In this document: piece after piece, positions 56,199-64,000 of the stretch
Position numbering within the stretch: position 1 is the first letter of the stretch
Layout of the letters: every line of letters starts with the position of its first letter
Source: an uncultured virus (IMG/VR IMGVR_UViG_3300005534_000002)
Lineage: Duplodnaviria; Heunggongvirae; Uroviricota; Caudoviricetes
Virus record (IMG/VR): IMGVR_UViG_3300005534_000002
Strand: one strand, 5' to 3'
Length of the DNA: 64,000 nt
Notes under the pieces: model-generated
Database searches by the model: none
What the model saw: the letters and a program-made list of their open reading frames with translations, nothing else
What the model was told of the DNA's origin: nothing
Translations under genes and position numbers: made by a program

Positions 56199-56212
56199 AA
56201 AGGGGCAGAAAC

Positions 56213-56479
56213 ATGGATGACCGATACTCACGTCCCGTAAAGATTTTCTGAGCAGTCGTCGTGCGGTACGGTCGTACCCTCGAAGACGGCTTCCTGCCTG
56301 TGTTCAGCGTGAACACCGAGGAAGAGGCGAAGCGACTGCTAGTGCTTGCCTGCCCCATCAACCTGGAGGGCGAGTATGTCGCGGCAGAGTTGGTCCACGA
56401 GCAGACCTTCGAGAACCTACAGGCGTTCAGCGACAGACTCGCATCAATCTGGCAAATGCTCAACAAGGACAAGCAATGA
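56213..56479 (+). CDS. candidate selenoprotein (in-frame TGA at codon 13); otherwise readthrough gene or pseudogene
   Basis: Start motif GGGGCAGAAACATG; ATG 56213 is in frame with ORF 56261-56479 across TGA 56249-56251; SECIS-like hairpin follows. Confidence 0.6.
56249..56291 (+). promoter_or_regulatory. bacterial SECIS-like hairpin
   Basis: TGA, then GGTAC-GGTC-GTACC with the loop 18 nt downstream; lower stem AGTCGTC/GACGGCT. Confidence 0.55.
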
Positions 56480-56829
56480 ACACCACGGAAACCAATCAAG
56501 CCAACCCGTACGCCGGCCTGGTTGAGCCACTGTACGCTCTCCAGGAGGAACTGATTGACCAAGCTGACTACTTCGACATCGAGGCAGGTCGCTTACTCGG
56601 TGACGCGGGAGCCATAGACAGAAACGGGATCAAGGACGTGAACATGAAAACACGATTCATCCGCCTGCGTGAACAGGCAGACTACCTGCGCTACCACGCC
56701 CAGATCATCGAGAGCGCAGCCAAGATATGCGCTGGGCGCGGATCAGCAGCAGAACTGACACCCGCGCCGTTTGTCCTGCCAACCGGATGGACGGCGCTCC
56801 CATACTCATTCATGGAGTCGTGGGCATGA
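56476..56829 (+). CDS. hypothetical protein
   Basis: 117 aa, ATGA overlaps. Confidence 0.65.
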   Translation: MNTTETNQANPYAGLVEPLYALQEELIDQADYFDIEAGRLLGDAGAIDRNGIKDVNMKTRFIRLREQADYLRYHAQIIESAAKICAGRGSAAELTPAPFVLPTGWTALPYSFMESWA

Positions 56830-57023
56830 GTTACTTTGCTGTAGGAACCAAGGTCAGGCTCAAGCTCAAGGTACACGGCCACAAGATACCCGTAGGGAGC
56901 GAAGGTATCGTAGCCAACAACGAAGACCGCGTCTACCTCGTGGTATTCCCCTCATTCAAGGGGCCTGTCAAGATTGCTTGCTTCGACTACGAGTTGGAGC
57001 GAGTCCCAAGAAAGGAAGACTGA
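56826..57023 (+). CDS. small SH3-like beta-barrel protein
   Basis: FAVGTKVRL..GSEGIV..YLVVF..ELE. Confidence 0.6.
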   Translation: MSYFAVGTKVRLKLKVHGHKIPVGSEGIVANNEDRVYLVVFPSFKGPVKIACFDYELERVPRKED

Positions 57024-57289
57024 TGAGCTACGTCGTGTATCGCGACGAACGCGATGACAAGTTTGAGCGATTAAGACGAATACAGGTCATCTACCATCAC
57101 CCGGACGGGAGCGTGTACGCCGCCTACGACGACTCCGACCCAGCGGAAGGGCTTGTTCGGGACGTCATCGCAGCACTTCTGCGCGGGGCCATCAGGAGGC
57201 ACCTCAACATGGGTCCATCTCAGAAGCTTGAAGACGAGCGCGTCACCGTGAGGGACTACCTCATGACAAAGGAAGGAGCAGAACAATGA
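57023..57289 (+). CDS. hypothetical protein
   Basis: TGATG coupling. Confidence 0.6.
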   Translation: MSYVVYRDERDDKFERLRRIQVIYHHPDGSVYAAYDDSDPAEGLVRDVIAALLRGAIRRHLNMGPSQKLEDERVTVRDYLMTKEGAEQ

Positions 57290-57870
57290 CCGCAGGAACC
57301 GTCGAGATCGACGGGAGACACCCATACCAGCGAGCGATCGAGTCTTGCCAACGAGCCGTCGAAGCCGCAGAGGCGTACTACGAAGAGATACGCCGACAAA
57401 ACGAGGCTGCCAAGGACAACCCTAAGACGCGCAAAAGCTGGCGTTCCCAGCAGGCGGGGGCGGCGCGGGCCGTTACCACCGCGAAGCGAAACCTAGAGAA
57501 AGCGGAGGCCGCGTACAAGTACAGCAGCATGTCGCTGAAAGAGGCTCACACAGCGATCAGCGCCGAGAGTACCGAACAGCCTGGCTGTTCGGTACATTGG
57601 CTCTCCAGGCCGGTGAGTGACATCCAAAACAAGCTTTCCGAATGGCGGTTCATCTGCAACAAGGTCATAAGCATGGCGAGCAACGTACCGCAAGACGCGA
57701 GCGACCTGTGGTGGTTGTACGGCGACCTTCAGATCGCCAGGGGCGACGTGCCGCCGACCGAGATCACAAACAAATTCGTGGAGACCAAAGCAGCTATCTT
57801 GCTCGACGCGGCAATGGACTTCCTCGAAACAACCGAGGAGCTTCCCTGTCCGAAACAGGAGACGATGTAA
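57286..57870 (+). CDS. hypothetical helical protein
   Basis: AAGGAGCAGAACAATG start motif; 194 aa. Confidence 0.65.
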   Translation: MTAGTVEIDGRHPYQRAIESCQRAVEAAEAYYEEIRRQNEAAKDNPKTRKSWRSQQAGAARAVTTAKRNLEKAEAAYKYSSMSLKEAHTAISAESTEQPGCSVHWLSRPVSDIQNKLSEWRFICNKVISMASNVPQDASDLWWLYGDLQIARGDVPPTEITNKFVETKAAILLDAAMDFLETTEELPCPKQETM

Positions 57871-58343
57871 TGGAAGAACAACCCATCTACCGCAGCAACC
57901 TTCACGGCAAGAGCACGTCATGGCGAACTGGCAGCCAGCGAGAAGTGCCCGCGATGTACGCACTCTCGCGCGAGGTCAGCAGCTTACTTGACCGTCTGGA
58001 CTGGCGTGGTTCCAGGTCGTTTGCGTACGTTTCGGGCACCGAGCCAAAAGGGAACGCTCACTTCTGGGACGTCGGCGTGACGCTGCGATTGACCGTGCCG
58101 AACATGAGCGATCTGCCGGCGCTGTTGTCGTGGCTGATGGACTTCCCGTCCGACAGCGACAAGGCGTTTCAGGCCACACCACCGAACGAGCGCGACTACC
58201 GCATCGAGGCGAACATCGCGCGAGCCATCGAGCTTGGCCTGTTCTCCGAGGCGTGGCGCGACAACGCCCAACTCATGCTCAACGAGATTCGAGATAGCAT
58301 CGCACGCCGAGCGTACGGCGCAATTACTGGAGAGAACCTGTGA
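57870..58343 (+). CDS. hypothetical protein
   Basis: AGGAG RBS, TAATG coupling. Confidence 0.6.
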   Translation: MEEQPIYRSNLHGKSTSWRTGSQREVPAMYALSREVSSLLDRLDWRGSRSFAYVSGTEPKGNAHFWDVGVTLRLTVPNMSDLPALLSWLMDFPSDSDKAFQATPPNERDYRIEANIARAIELGLFSEAWRDNAQLMLNEIRDSIARRAYGAITGENL

Positions 58344-58951
58344 ACAACTACGACAAAACAATTCGATCGCTGCTCCTCGCGGCCCCGCCCATCTACCGCA
58401 AAGTGTTTCGTCCTGACTGTAGCCTGGAGGGGACATGCATCGCCATCGAGGCGCTCGCCTACTTCGGCGTTCCGGCCACGGCGATGTCCGCGTCCCTCTG
58501 GGCGTTCAACCCATACGCCGTCAAGGTCGTGGAAACAGAGGGCTTGCTCACGAGCGAGAATCCGAAAGCAGAGGAACATCTGGAAGCTGGCTACCACGCG
58601 GCATGGGTCGGAAAGACTGGCGACGTTGTACCGGGTCGCTGGGACGGCTACCTCGTCATCGTCACGGACAAGCATCTTGTGGACCTGACCATCGGCAACG
58701 CGGGGGTGCCCGAGAAGGGACTGCCGTTGGCGGCGATGTCTCTGGAGCGTCCTGAAAGCTTCGATCAGCCGGCAGGCTACGAGCTACCGGGCGGCGCGAA
58801 GGTGCTGTACACGTTCTACCCGACCGACACCAGCTACAAGCAGGCGCGCAACTGGAGCAAGGAACGACTCCAGGACGTGACCGGACTTGTCATCAGAGCC
58901 ATGAAGGCGGTTCAGGTCCAGATGGAGGCCGAAGATGGCGCTGCGGTGTAA
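58340..58951 (+). CDS. hypothetical protein, possible papain-like fold
   Basis: PDCS...WDGYLV...LVDLT (His position would be Tyr). Confidence 0.6.
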   Translation: MNNYDKTIRSLLLAAPPIYRKVFRPDCSLEGTCIAIEALAYFGVPATAMSASLWAFNPYAVKVVETEGLLTSENPKAEEHLEAGYHAAWVGKTGDVVPGRWDGYLVIVTDKHLVDLTIGNAGVPEKGLPLAAMSLERPESFDQPAGYELPGGAKVLYTFYPTDTSYKQARNWSKERLQDVTGLVIRAMKAVQVQMEAEDGAAV

Positions 58952-59339
58952 GAACTGCGGGGAGCCGATCCGCAACAGCGACTGGACGCCGATCGTGTCG
59001 GACGGCACACGCTGGTGGCATGGCAACTGTGCCGACGCTGCGAACAGGCGCGTATCGACGTGCAGCCTACCGGCTGATGTCACCGACGCTGTTTCAGGCA
59101 TCGCGCTTGCATTCATCCAGGTCAGCCCCACGAGCGGGTTGCCCGACCGACTGATGGGCGCTATGGAGGCCAACGACCTGGACGAAGTTGAACACGTCAG
59201 CGCGCTCATGGTCGTGCGCATCGTGGCGTCTGGTAAGACATCGCTAGGGAAACTCTGCGCAGAGCGATGGGCCGCAGCTTTCATCCCGCAGGAGGGGAAT
59301 CGTGCAACAACCACGCCTGAAGCAGCGCCCGAGACTTAA
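58935..59339 (+). CDS. hypothetical protein with N-terminal Zn site
   Basis: GGAGG RBS; CKNC...HGNC. Confidence 0.6.
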   Translation: MALRCKNCGEPIRNSDWTPIVSDGTRWWHGNCADAANRRVSTCSLPADVTDAVSGIALAFIQVSPTSGLPDRLMGAMEANDLDEVEHVSALMVVRIVASGKTSLGKLCAERWAAAFIPQEGNRATTTPEAAPET

Positions 59340-59475
59340 AACCAGACCACGGCTCAAGACCCAGCCGCGCCTGAAGCAGCTACCGCGAGTGGCGAGGATC
59401 GAGCGCCCTGAGCCTAAGCCGCCAGGTCATCTCTTCCTCGCGATCCTGCTAGTGCATCTGCTCCACCGTAGGTGA
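59302..59475 (+). CDS. 57-aa cationic PRLK-repeat peptide (not in ORF track)
   Basis: AGGAGG RBS + GTG; four PRLK repeats encoded by differing synonymous codons. Confidence 0.65.
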   Translation: MQQPRLKQRPRLKTRPRLKTQPRLKQLPRVARIERPEPKPPGHLFLAILLVHLLHRR

Positions 59476-60055
59476 CGAAGTTGTAGAACCGGGGCGGGGG
59501 GAGCGGTGCGGGCGCAGTGTGGTGCCACCGTAACCCTCGCCCCTTCACGATCCGTCCGAAGGGGTCAAACTCAGCCTGAAAGGCGAGGTCGTTGAAGCCG
59601 TAGTAGGCGAAGACGCTGCCGTGCGTTGAGCCAGTCCGCTGGCTGTGGTCGCCGGCCTGAAAGTCGATGCGGTGGTCGGTGAAGCAGAGCAGCATGTCCC
59701 ACAGTGGCTGAAACCACTTAGTATCGGTTGTGTGTGAGTTGACGAGCACGATGCCGGCGAGGATGTTACCCTTGCGAATCTGGTCAACGAAGTGTTGCAC
59801 AAACTTCCCGGCCAGGTTGCCGTACGGCGGATTGAGCCACACGGTCCCATGCCAGTCGTGCTTCAGCCCGTCGTCTTCAGCCGTGTAAATCTTGCGTGCT
59901 CTGACCGTCTCGTTTGCTTTCGGGCATGACGCCGGATCAAGGTCGATCACGCCACCGAACGTCGCGCGGGCTGCCTCGATGTACTGCGCGGGCGTGTACC
60001 ACTCGTTCCCGCCTGATGCCACGATCCTTTGTGCGGCTGTCATCTGGCCGGTCAT
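59414..60055 (-). CDS. phage DNA N6-adenine methyltransferase
   Basis: EWYTP, IDLDPAS, DGL, WLNPPY, T...WFQ. Confidence 0.92.
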   Translation of the reverse strand: MTGQMTAAQRIVASGGNEWYTPAQYIEAARATFGGVIDLDPASCPKANETVRARKIYTAEDDGLKHDWHGTVWLNPPYGNLAGKFVQHFVDQIRKGNILAGIVLVNSHTTDTKWFQPLWDMLLCFTDHRIDFQAGDHSQRTGSTHGSVFAYYGFNDLAFQAEFDPFGRIVKGRGLRWHHTAPAPLPPPRFYNFVTYGGADALAGSRGRDDLAA

Positions 60056-60207
60056 GGCAGATACCGGACGGCCAGCGCCAGGATGATAAGCACGACACCC
60101 GCGAGGATGTCTTCAACCGGCGTCACGCCATTGAGCAGGCGCGCCAGTTCCAATAGACCGTCTAGTAAGAAGCCGCATCCGATACCAGCTACAAAACTTG
60201 TGTTCAT
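60052..60207 (-). CDS. small two-TM membrane protein (not in ORF track)
   Basis: GGAGGAG RBS; MNTSFVAGIGCGFLL...ILAGVVLIILALAVRYLP. Confidence 0.6.
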   Translation of the reverse strand: MNTSFVAGIGCGFLLDGLLELARLLNGVTPVEDILAGVVLIILALAVRYLP

Positions 60208-60350
60208 GCTCTCCTCCATATGCAAATTACGATTGAAAGCAATAACAGTGCCAGGCCGCTCAGAACCTCCTCGGCTCTGGCATCTATCACGCAGGCCGCT
60301 ACAAAGAACGCCATCGACGCTCCTGAGACATATCCCTCAAGACCGCTCAC
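60204..60350 (-). CDS. small two-TM membrane protein (not in ORF track)
   Basis: GGAGG RBS, GTGA overlap; MSGLEGYVSGASMAFFVAAC...LSIVICIWRRA. Confidence 0.6.
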   Translation of the reverse strand: MSGLEGYVSGASMAFFVAACVIDARAEEVLSGLALLLLSIVICIWRRA

Positions 60351-60484
60351 CGTCGCCTCCACAGGGCAATGACGATCGCGGCCCCGAGCAGAATAACAGC
60401 ACCAATTACCTCTTGGTAACGCGAGGAGCTAAAGATCGCCGCAGCAAAGAGCGCCATCGCTCCTCCCGCGTAGTACTCATCCAT
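60347..60484 (-). CDS. small two-TM membrane protein (not in ORF track)
   Basis: AAGGA RBS; MDEYYAGGAMALFAAA...AIVIALWRRR. Confidence 0.6.
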   Translation of the reverse strand: MDEYYAGGAMALFAAAIFSSSRYQEVIGAVILLGAAIVIALWRRR

Positions 60485-60485
60485 T

Positions 60486-60842
60486 TTAGAAGTCCTTGCT
60501 CGTCACTATGCGCAGATCAAGGTGGGGATAGCACGCGCGTATGACCTTGAGTCGAAAGGGCCAGTCCTTCGGGATGAAGCCCTTAGTATCGACAAACCAG
60601 TTATCGTTGACCATGCCGAAGACCTTGAAGTCGGGTGTGTAGACACCGATCTTCGTGCCGTTGACAACCAGCGGTAAACGCTCTGGTTGCGGTATCCAGC
60701 CACGGATCACGCGCGCCTCTATCAAGAGATCGAGATGTTGAGCGTACCGCGCCTCTAGCTTGCTGTCGTAGACGCGACCTCTGTAGGTCGTCTTGATCGC
60801 TCTACTCTTGTTGCGTCGAGGCACGGTACGCTGCTGCGTCAT
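60486..60842 (-). CDS. DUF1064-like PD-(D/E)XK nuclease
   Basis: YDSKLEARY, YTPDF, VDTKG. Confidence 0.85.
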   Translation of the reverse strand: MTQQRTVPRRNKSRAIKTTYRGRVYDSKLEARYAQHLDLLIEARVIRGWIPQPERLPLVVNGTKIGVYTPDFKVFGMVNDNWFVDTKGFIPKDWPFRLKVIRACYPHLDLRIVTSKDF

Positions 60843-61159
60843 CACTTCATCCAGTTGAGCCGGTGGAATGTCGGCTCTGTGGTGCCAGGCACCAGGACGC
60901 CGTAGCATCCCTGGAACGCCTGCACGAGATCGTACGTCTTACGATTGAGCACGACGTCTGTTACCGCACCACCGCACATGGCTCTGTGGTTCATCCACGC
61001 AAAGGCCATGACGCCAGGCTTGACGACCGCCATGCGGTGCTCCACGCGCCAGTGGTTCCAGGTCCGGTAGTCAAAGCCTCGCGACCCGGACGCTTCTGCG
61101 ACGATCGCGACGAACTGGAAGAGCGCCAGGAAGAAGAAGCTGCGCAAGGCGAGAGTCAT
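60842..61159 (-). CDS. secreted/membrane hypothetical protein
   Basis: Hydrophobic N-terminus; ATGA overlap. Confidence 0.55.
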   Translation of the reverse strand: MTLALRSFFFLALFQFVAIVAEASGSRGFDYRTWNHWRVEHRMAVVKPGVMAFAWMNHRAMCGGAVTDVVLNRKTYDLVQAFQGCYGVLVPGTTEPTFHRLNWMK

Positions 61160-61746
61160 GGCAGACACACGCGCACGGTGCGGTAGTCGTTTCCGAGTCC
61201 AAATGCGGCTGCCTGCGCCGGCCCTGTGACCCACACGTCAGCGTGCCGGTACGGGTTTCCAGTCGGCCCTTCTCGATCGAGTCCAATGAGCCAGCCGACA
61301 CCAGGGACGTAGACATGCGTGCCGAGCGGAACGTCGTAACCGACTGCGGTTTCGCCAGAGAAGACGTACTGGCCGCTGGCGGTGAGTCCTTGATCGTCGT
61401 ACCACGTTACTTCCCAGGTATCGGAGTAACAGTTGGTGCCGAACGGGGATGGCGGCGGGGGTGGAGGGGCCTGGTAGTAGGTCGGAAAGCGAACAACAAT
61501 GCGGACGTGGGGTGACTTCTGTTTCACGCTCGTGTGGAATCCGGTCACACGACCCTTGGGATGCAGGATGCGGAAACGGTACCGCTCAACCTGCACCACT
61601 CTGGTGGCCGTCTCCCAGTCGAGATGCTGAACCGTTTTGGTCCAGTACAGGGCCTGCGTCTTTGCCTGCGCGCCTATCGGAGCCAGCGCGCCCGTCATCA
61701 GTAGACAGAACGCAAAGAGCAGAGCGACTACGTTGCGTACCTTCAT
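61156..61746 (-). CDS. secreted 3D-domain (double-psi beta-barrel) cell-wall protein
   Basis: Signal peptide; VTWY, TASG, VPLGTHVYVPG, LDREG, ADVWV. Confidence 0.75.
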   Translation of the reverse strand: MKVRNVVALLFAFCLLMTGALAPIGAQAKTQALYWTKTVQHLDWETATRVVQVERYRFRILHPKGRVTGFHTSVKQKSPHVRIVVRFPTYYQAPPPPPPSPFGTNCYSDTWEVTWYDDQGLTASGQYVFSGETAVGYDVPLGTHVYVPGVGWLIGLDREGPTGNPYRHADVWVTGPAQAAAFGLGNDYRTVRVCLP

Positions 61747-61901
61747 GCGGTGAACCTCACTGTTTGAATTTGGGGATTCCCCAGGGCAGTCTTCAGCAGT
61801 TCGCAAGCCGCTGCCAGGCTCGTTGTTATCAGGCTGAACCCGGAGACTGCACCAACTGGCTCATCGCACAGTCGGTAGACAATCGAGATACGGATTGTCA
61901 T
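61743..61901 (-). CDS. hypothetical protein
   Basis: GGAGG RBS; ATGA overlaps on both sides. Confidence 0.5.
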   Translation of the reverse strand: MTIRISIVYRLCDEPVGAVSGFSLITTSLAAACELLKTALGNPQIQTVRFTA

Positions 61902-63247
61902 GCAGCCTCCGGGCGAATGTCGGGATCGGTGCCCAGCCGACCTTCGACATCGCAGCCCGCCTTGTAGAGCAAGCCACGGTAAAACGCTTCGCCGTTGTGA
62001 ATCGCTACCGGCTCGTAGCAGAACGGCCCATCTCCAGGGGTGTACGTGATGACAGCGATGCCTTGCTGCCAGTTCTCCCATCCGGGGACGGGCTGACCGT
62101 AGACATCCTCGCCAGAGTTGGCCCCAGGCACGACACCATCCACACGGCAGAGGCAGCCCGGATTCGCGGCAAGGATCGTTCGTGGGCCGTAGCGAGTCCG
62201 CTTGGTGATCTCTGCCCACTCGCGTCGGTGATCGTGGCCGTAGATCGTACTGACACGCTCTTCGATGAGATATCTCTGGCTGTTTGCCCCTCGTCCTGCC
62301 TTGTCGCCGTGGACGATCTGTAGTCTATCCGAGAGCCAGATATTCTGCGCGGGGTAGCCAGCCAGGTAGTGAATGCCAAAGTCGTCCAGTCGGCACAAGT
62401 GAGGCACGCTCATAACCGGCCAGCCATCAGGCTGTTCGCCCTGTCGCAGACCGAACGCAGCGAGAGCGTTGTCGATGATGTAGTTCGAGGCTCGCTTCTC
62501 GTGATTGCCCTCGATCCACTCGATGCGGCAACGAGCCGGCGCGGCACTGCGTAGCTGGGCCATAAAGCGTGTCAGGCGATCGACACTTGCCTGCGTAGTG
62601 CGCACAAACTTCGGTTGCTTGCGGTACTTACTTAGTTCTGGAAAGTCGAACCAGTCGCCGTTGAGCGCGATTCGATCGGGCTTTACTTGAGATACGATCT
62701 GTAGCGCGACGTCCAGGGCCGCTTCGTCATGCGTCGGGTGAAGATCGTCGCAGCGACCGTAGTAATAGCCGACCTGTGCGTCTTGGAGCACGACACACGT
62801 TTCCATCCCGGACGGATGGATGGCGTCGCAGTCGATCGGATGCACGCTGTATGACGGGCCAGGCTGCACGACGGGCCACGCAGGACCCTCAGCCCACTTC
62901 GGGGAGAGTATGAGGCTCGCAGCTTCCATGTGAACTTTCTGAGCTTCGTCGTTGGCGTCCTTGTAGAAGCCCTCCCACTCGTTGAGTCGGACTTTCTCCA
63001 CCCTGCCGATGTCTTCGGGAGCAATGCCGGATCGTTCGAGAAGGTCTGCGATGACACCGAGACGCTTGACGCGGGCTAGTTCCTCTGGCTCGTTCGCAGG
63101 ATCAATGCGCATCGAGTTGACCTTGTTGCGGTAGCTGTCCCAGGTGCGGTCACTGCCGCTCTGCCCGTACAACTCGCGTATGGTCAGTTCAGGATTGTCC
63201 CGGATGAATGCCTCTTCAGCCTCAGTCCAGGGGCGGGCAACTCTCAT
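61898..63247 (-). CDS. calcineurin-like metallophosphoesterase with N-terminal helical domain
   Basis: DAQVG, GDWFD, GNHE, HGD, GHDHR. Confidence 0.88.
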   Translation of the reverse strand: MRVARPWTEAEEAFIRDNPELTIRELYGQSGSDRTWDSYRNKVNSMRIDPANEPEELARVKRLGVIADLLERSGIAPEDIGRVEKVRLNEWEGFYKDANDEAQKVHMEAASLILSPKWAEGPAWPVVQPGPSYSVHPIDCDAIHPSGMETCVVLQDAQVGYYYGRCDDLHPTHDEAALDVALQIVSQVKPDRIALNGDWFDFPELSKYRKQPKFVRTTQASVDRLTRFMAQLRSAAPARCRIEWIEGNHEKRASNYIIDNALAAFGLRQGEQPDGWPVMSVPHLCRLDDFGIHYLAGYPAQNIWLSDRLQIVHGDKAGRGANSQRYLIEERVSTIYGHDHRREWAEITKRTRYGPRTILAANPGCLCRVDGVVPGANSGEDVYGQPVPGWENWQQGIAVITYTPGDGPFCYEPVAIHNGEAFYRGLLYKAGCDVEGRLGTDPDIRPEAA

Positions 63248-63249
63248 GA

Positions 63250-63483
63250 CTAACCCTTTCCGTCTAGCTGGCGCGCATCCCAGCGGGCCAGAGTGCGTGG
63301 CCGGTCGCGGATCATGCCGCCAGCCTCACCGCCACGGTAGGAGATGACGAACGAGCACCCAGGATGTGACTTTCTCACCTGTCGCTCGAACTTCCCATAG
63401 TTGGTGCCCTCTTCGCTCTCGGCAATGACCTCTTCGGTGTCGTCGTCAATCGCTAACCACGTCCCGAAGATCGGAGCGCTCAT
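63250..63483 (-). CDS. hypothetical protein
   Basis: 77 aa, GAGG RBS, ATGA overlap. Confidence 0.55.
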   Translation of the reverse strand: MSAPIFGTWLAIDDDTEEVIAESEEGTNYGKFERQVRKSHPGCSFVISYRGGEAGGMIRDRPRTLARWDARQLDGKG

Positions 63484-63998
63484 GTATTGCCTCTCGACAA
63501 TTGTGACACAAGCTGCTCGTTAGCCTCCCTAAGTTGTCTCGTGGCGTAGCCCTTGAGCCAGGCCAGTTCCACCACGTCCGGGACATCCTTCCAGTAGCGA
63601 ACCCGGCGCATGTGCTTCAGGTGTCGGTTGTAGGCATGATCGAACACGATCGGTGCCGTGCCTGATCCCACGAGCGATTCAAGGTTGGCGGGGCTGTCGT
63701 CAATCAGGGCGAATGCCCCAAGGCGTTCGCACGTCTCGACCTTCGGTGCCCAGGACCACTCGACGCTTTTGAAGTGATCGAGTAGCCCGTGTCTCTCCAG
63801 TAACTGCTTCGCCGTAGCCCGCATGTTCGGCGCGCGGTGTGACACGAGATGGAGCGTGTAGCCCATCAGGGTCAGGTAGCGCAATCCCTGTTTCGCTCCG
63901 GGCATCGCCGGCGACCGGGCCATGATGTCGTGGCTGTGGACGCAGTCGTGGAAACAGGTCTTGCAGATGTTGGTGAAGTAGTCCCACGAATCAGGCTC
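63480..63998 (-). CDS. HAD-family 5'(3')-deoxyribonucleotidase-like protein, 5'-truncated
   Basis: PAMPGA, LVSHR, K...C, LIDDSPANL, FDHAYN, VRYW; frame open to window edge. Confidence 0.8.
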   Translation of the reverse strand, partial: EPDSWDYFTNICKTCFHDCVHSHDIMARSPAMPGAKQGLRYLTLMGYTLHLVSHRAPNMRATAKQLLERHGLLDHFKSVEWSWAPKVETCERLGAFALIDDSPANLESLVGSGTAPIVFDHAYNRHLKHMRRVRYWKDVPDVVELAWLKGYATRQLREANEQLVSQLSRGNT

Positions 63999-64000
63999 GC

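Noticed and set aside
1..64000. Genome-wide TGA reassignment as the explanation for the stop at 56249
   Set aside because: TGA terminates many genes in ATGA/GTGA overlaps and long genes are intact under the standard code
1..64000. Prophage boundary, integrase or att site
   Set aside because: No recombinase or host housekeeping genes seen; lifestyle cannot be determined from this window

Overview
GC-rich 64-kb segment of a tailed dsDNA phage (siphovirus-like: tail tube and long tape measure, no sheath). Three transcriptional blocks are visible. (1) A minus-strand late operon (40700->~2000): terminase, portal, protease/scaffold, capsid, neck, tail tube, tail chaperones, tape measure, tail tip/fibres, and an atypical lysis-position cassette (subtilase, papain-like peptidase, two holin-like proteins, an orphan response-regulator receiver). 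(2) A ~1.2-kb non-coding control region followed by a plus-strand array of small early-type genes (41981-59475) sharing a start-associated motif, including a sliding-clamp-like gene and a DUF3150-like/AAA+/DUF1257/DUF2997/radical-SAM module. (3) A convergent minus-strand block (adenine MTase, nuclease, 3D-domain protein, metallophosphoesterase, HAD nucleotidase). No integrase, polymerase, tRNA or CRISPR array was seen. The most notable observation is a candidate phage-encoded selenoprotein (56213-56479): an in-frame TGA followed by a hairpin with bacterial SECIS geometry. Others: a portal-HAD phosphatase fusion, a structured-RNA-flanked antisense gene between tail chaperone and tape measure, a probable +1 chaperone frameshift, a capsid N-arm copy inside the protease/scaffold, an Acb2/Tad1-like gene, and small ORFs missed by the ORF track. 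All family calls come from motif recognition by eye; no database searches were run.
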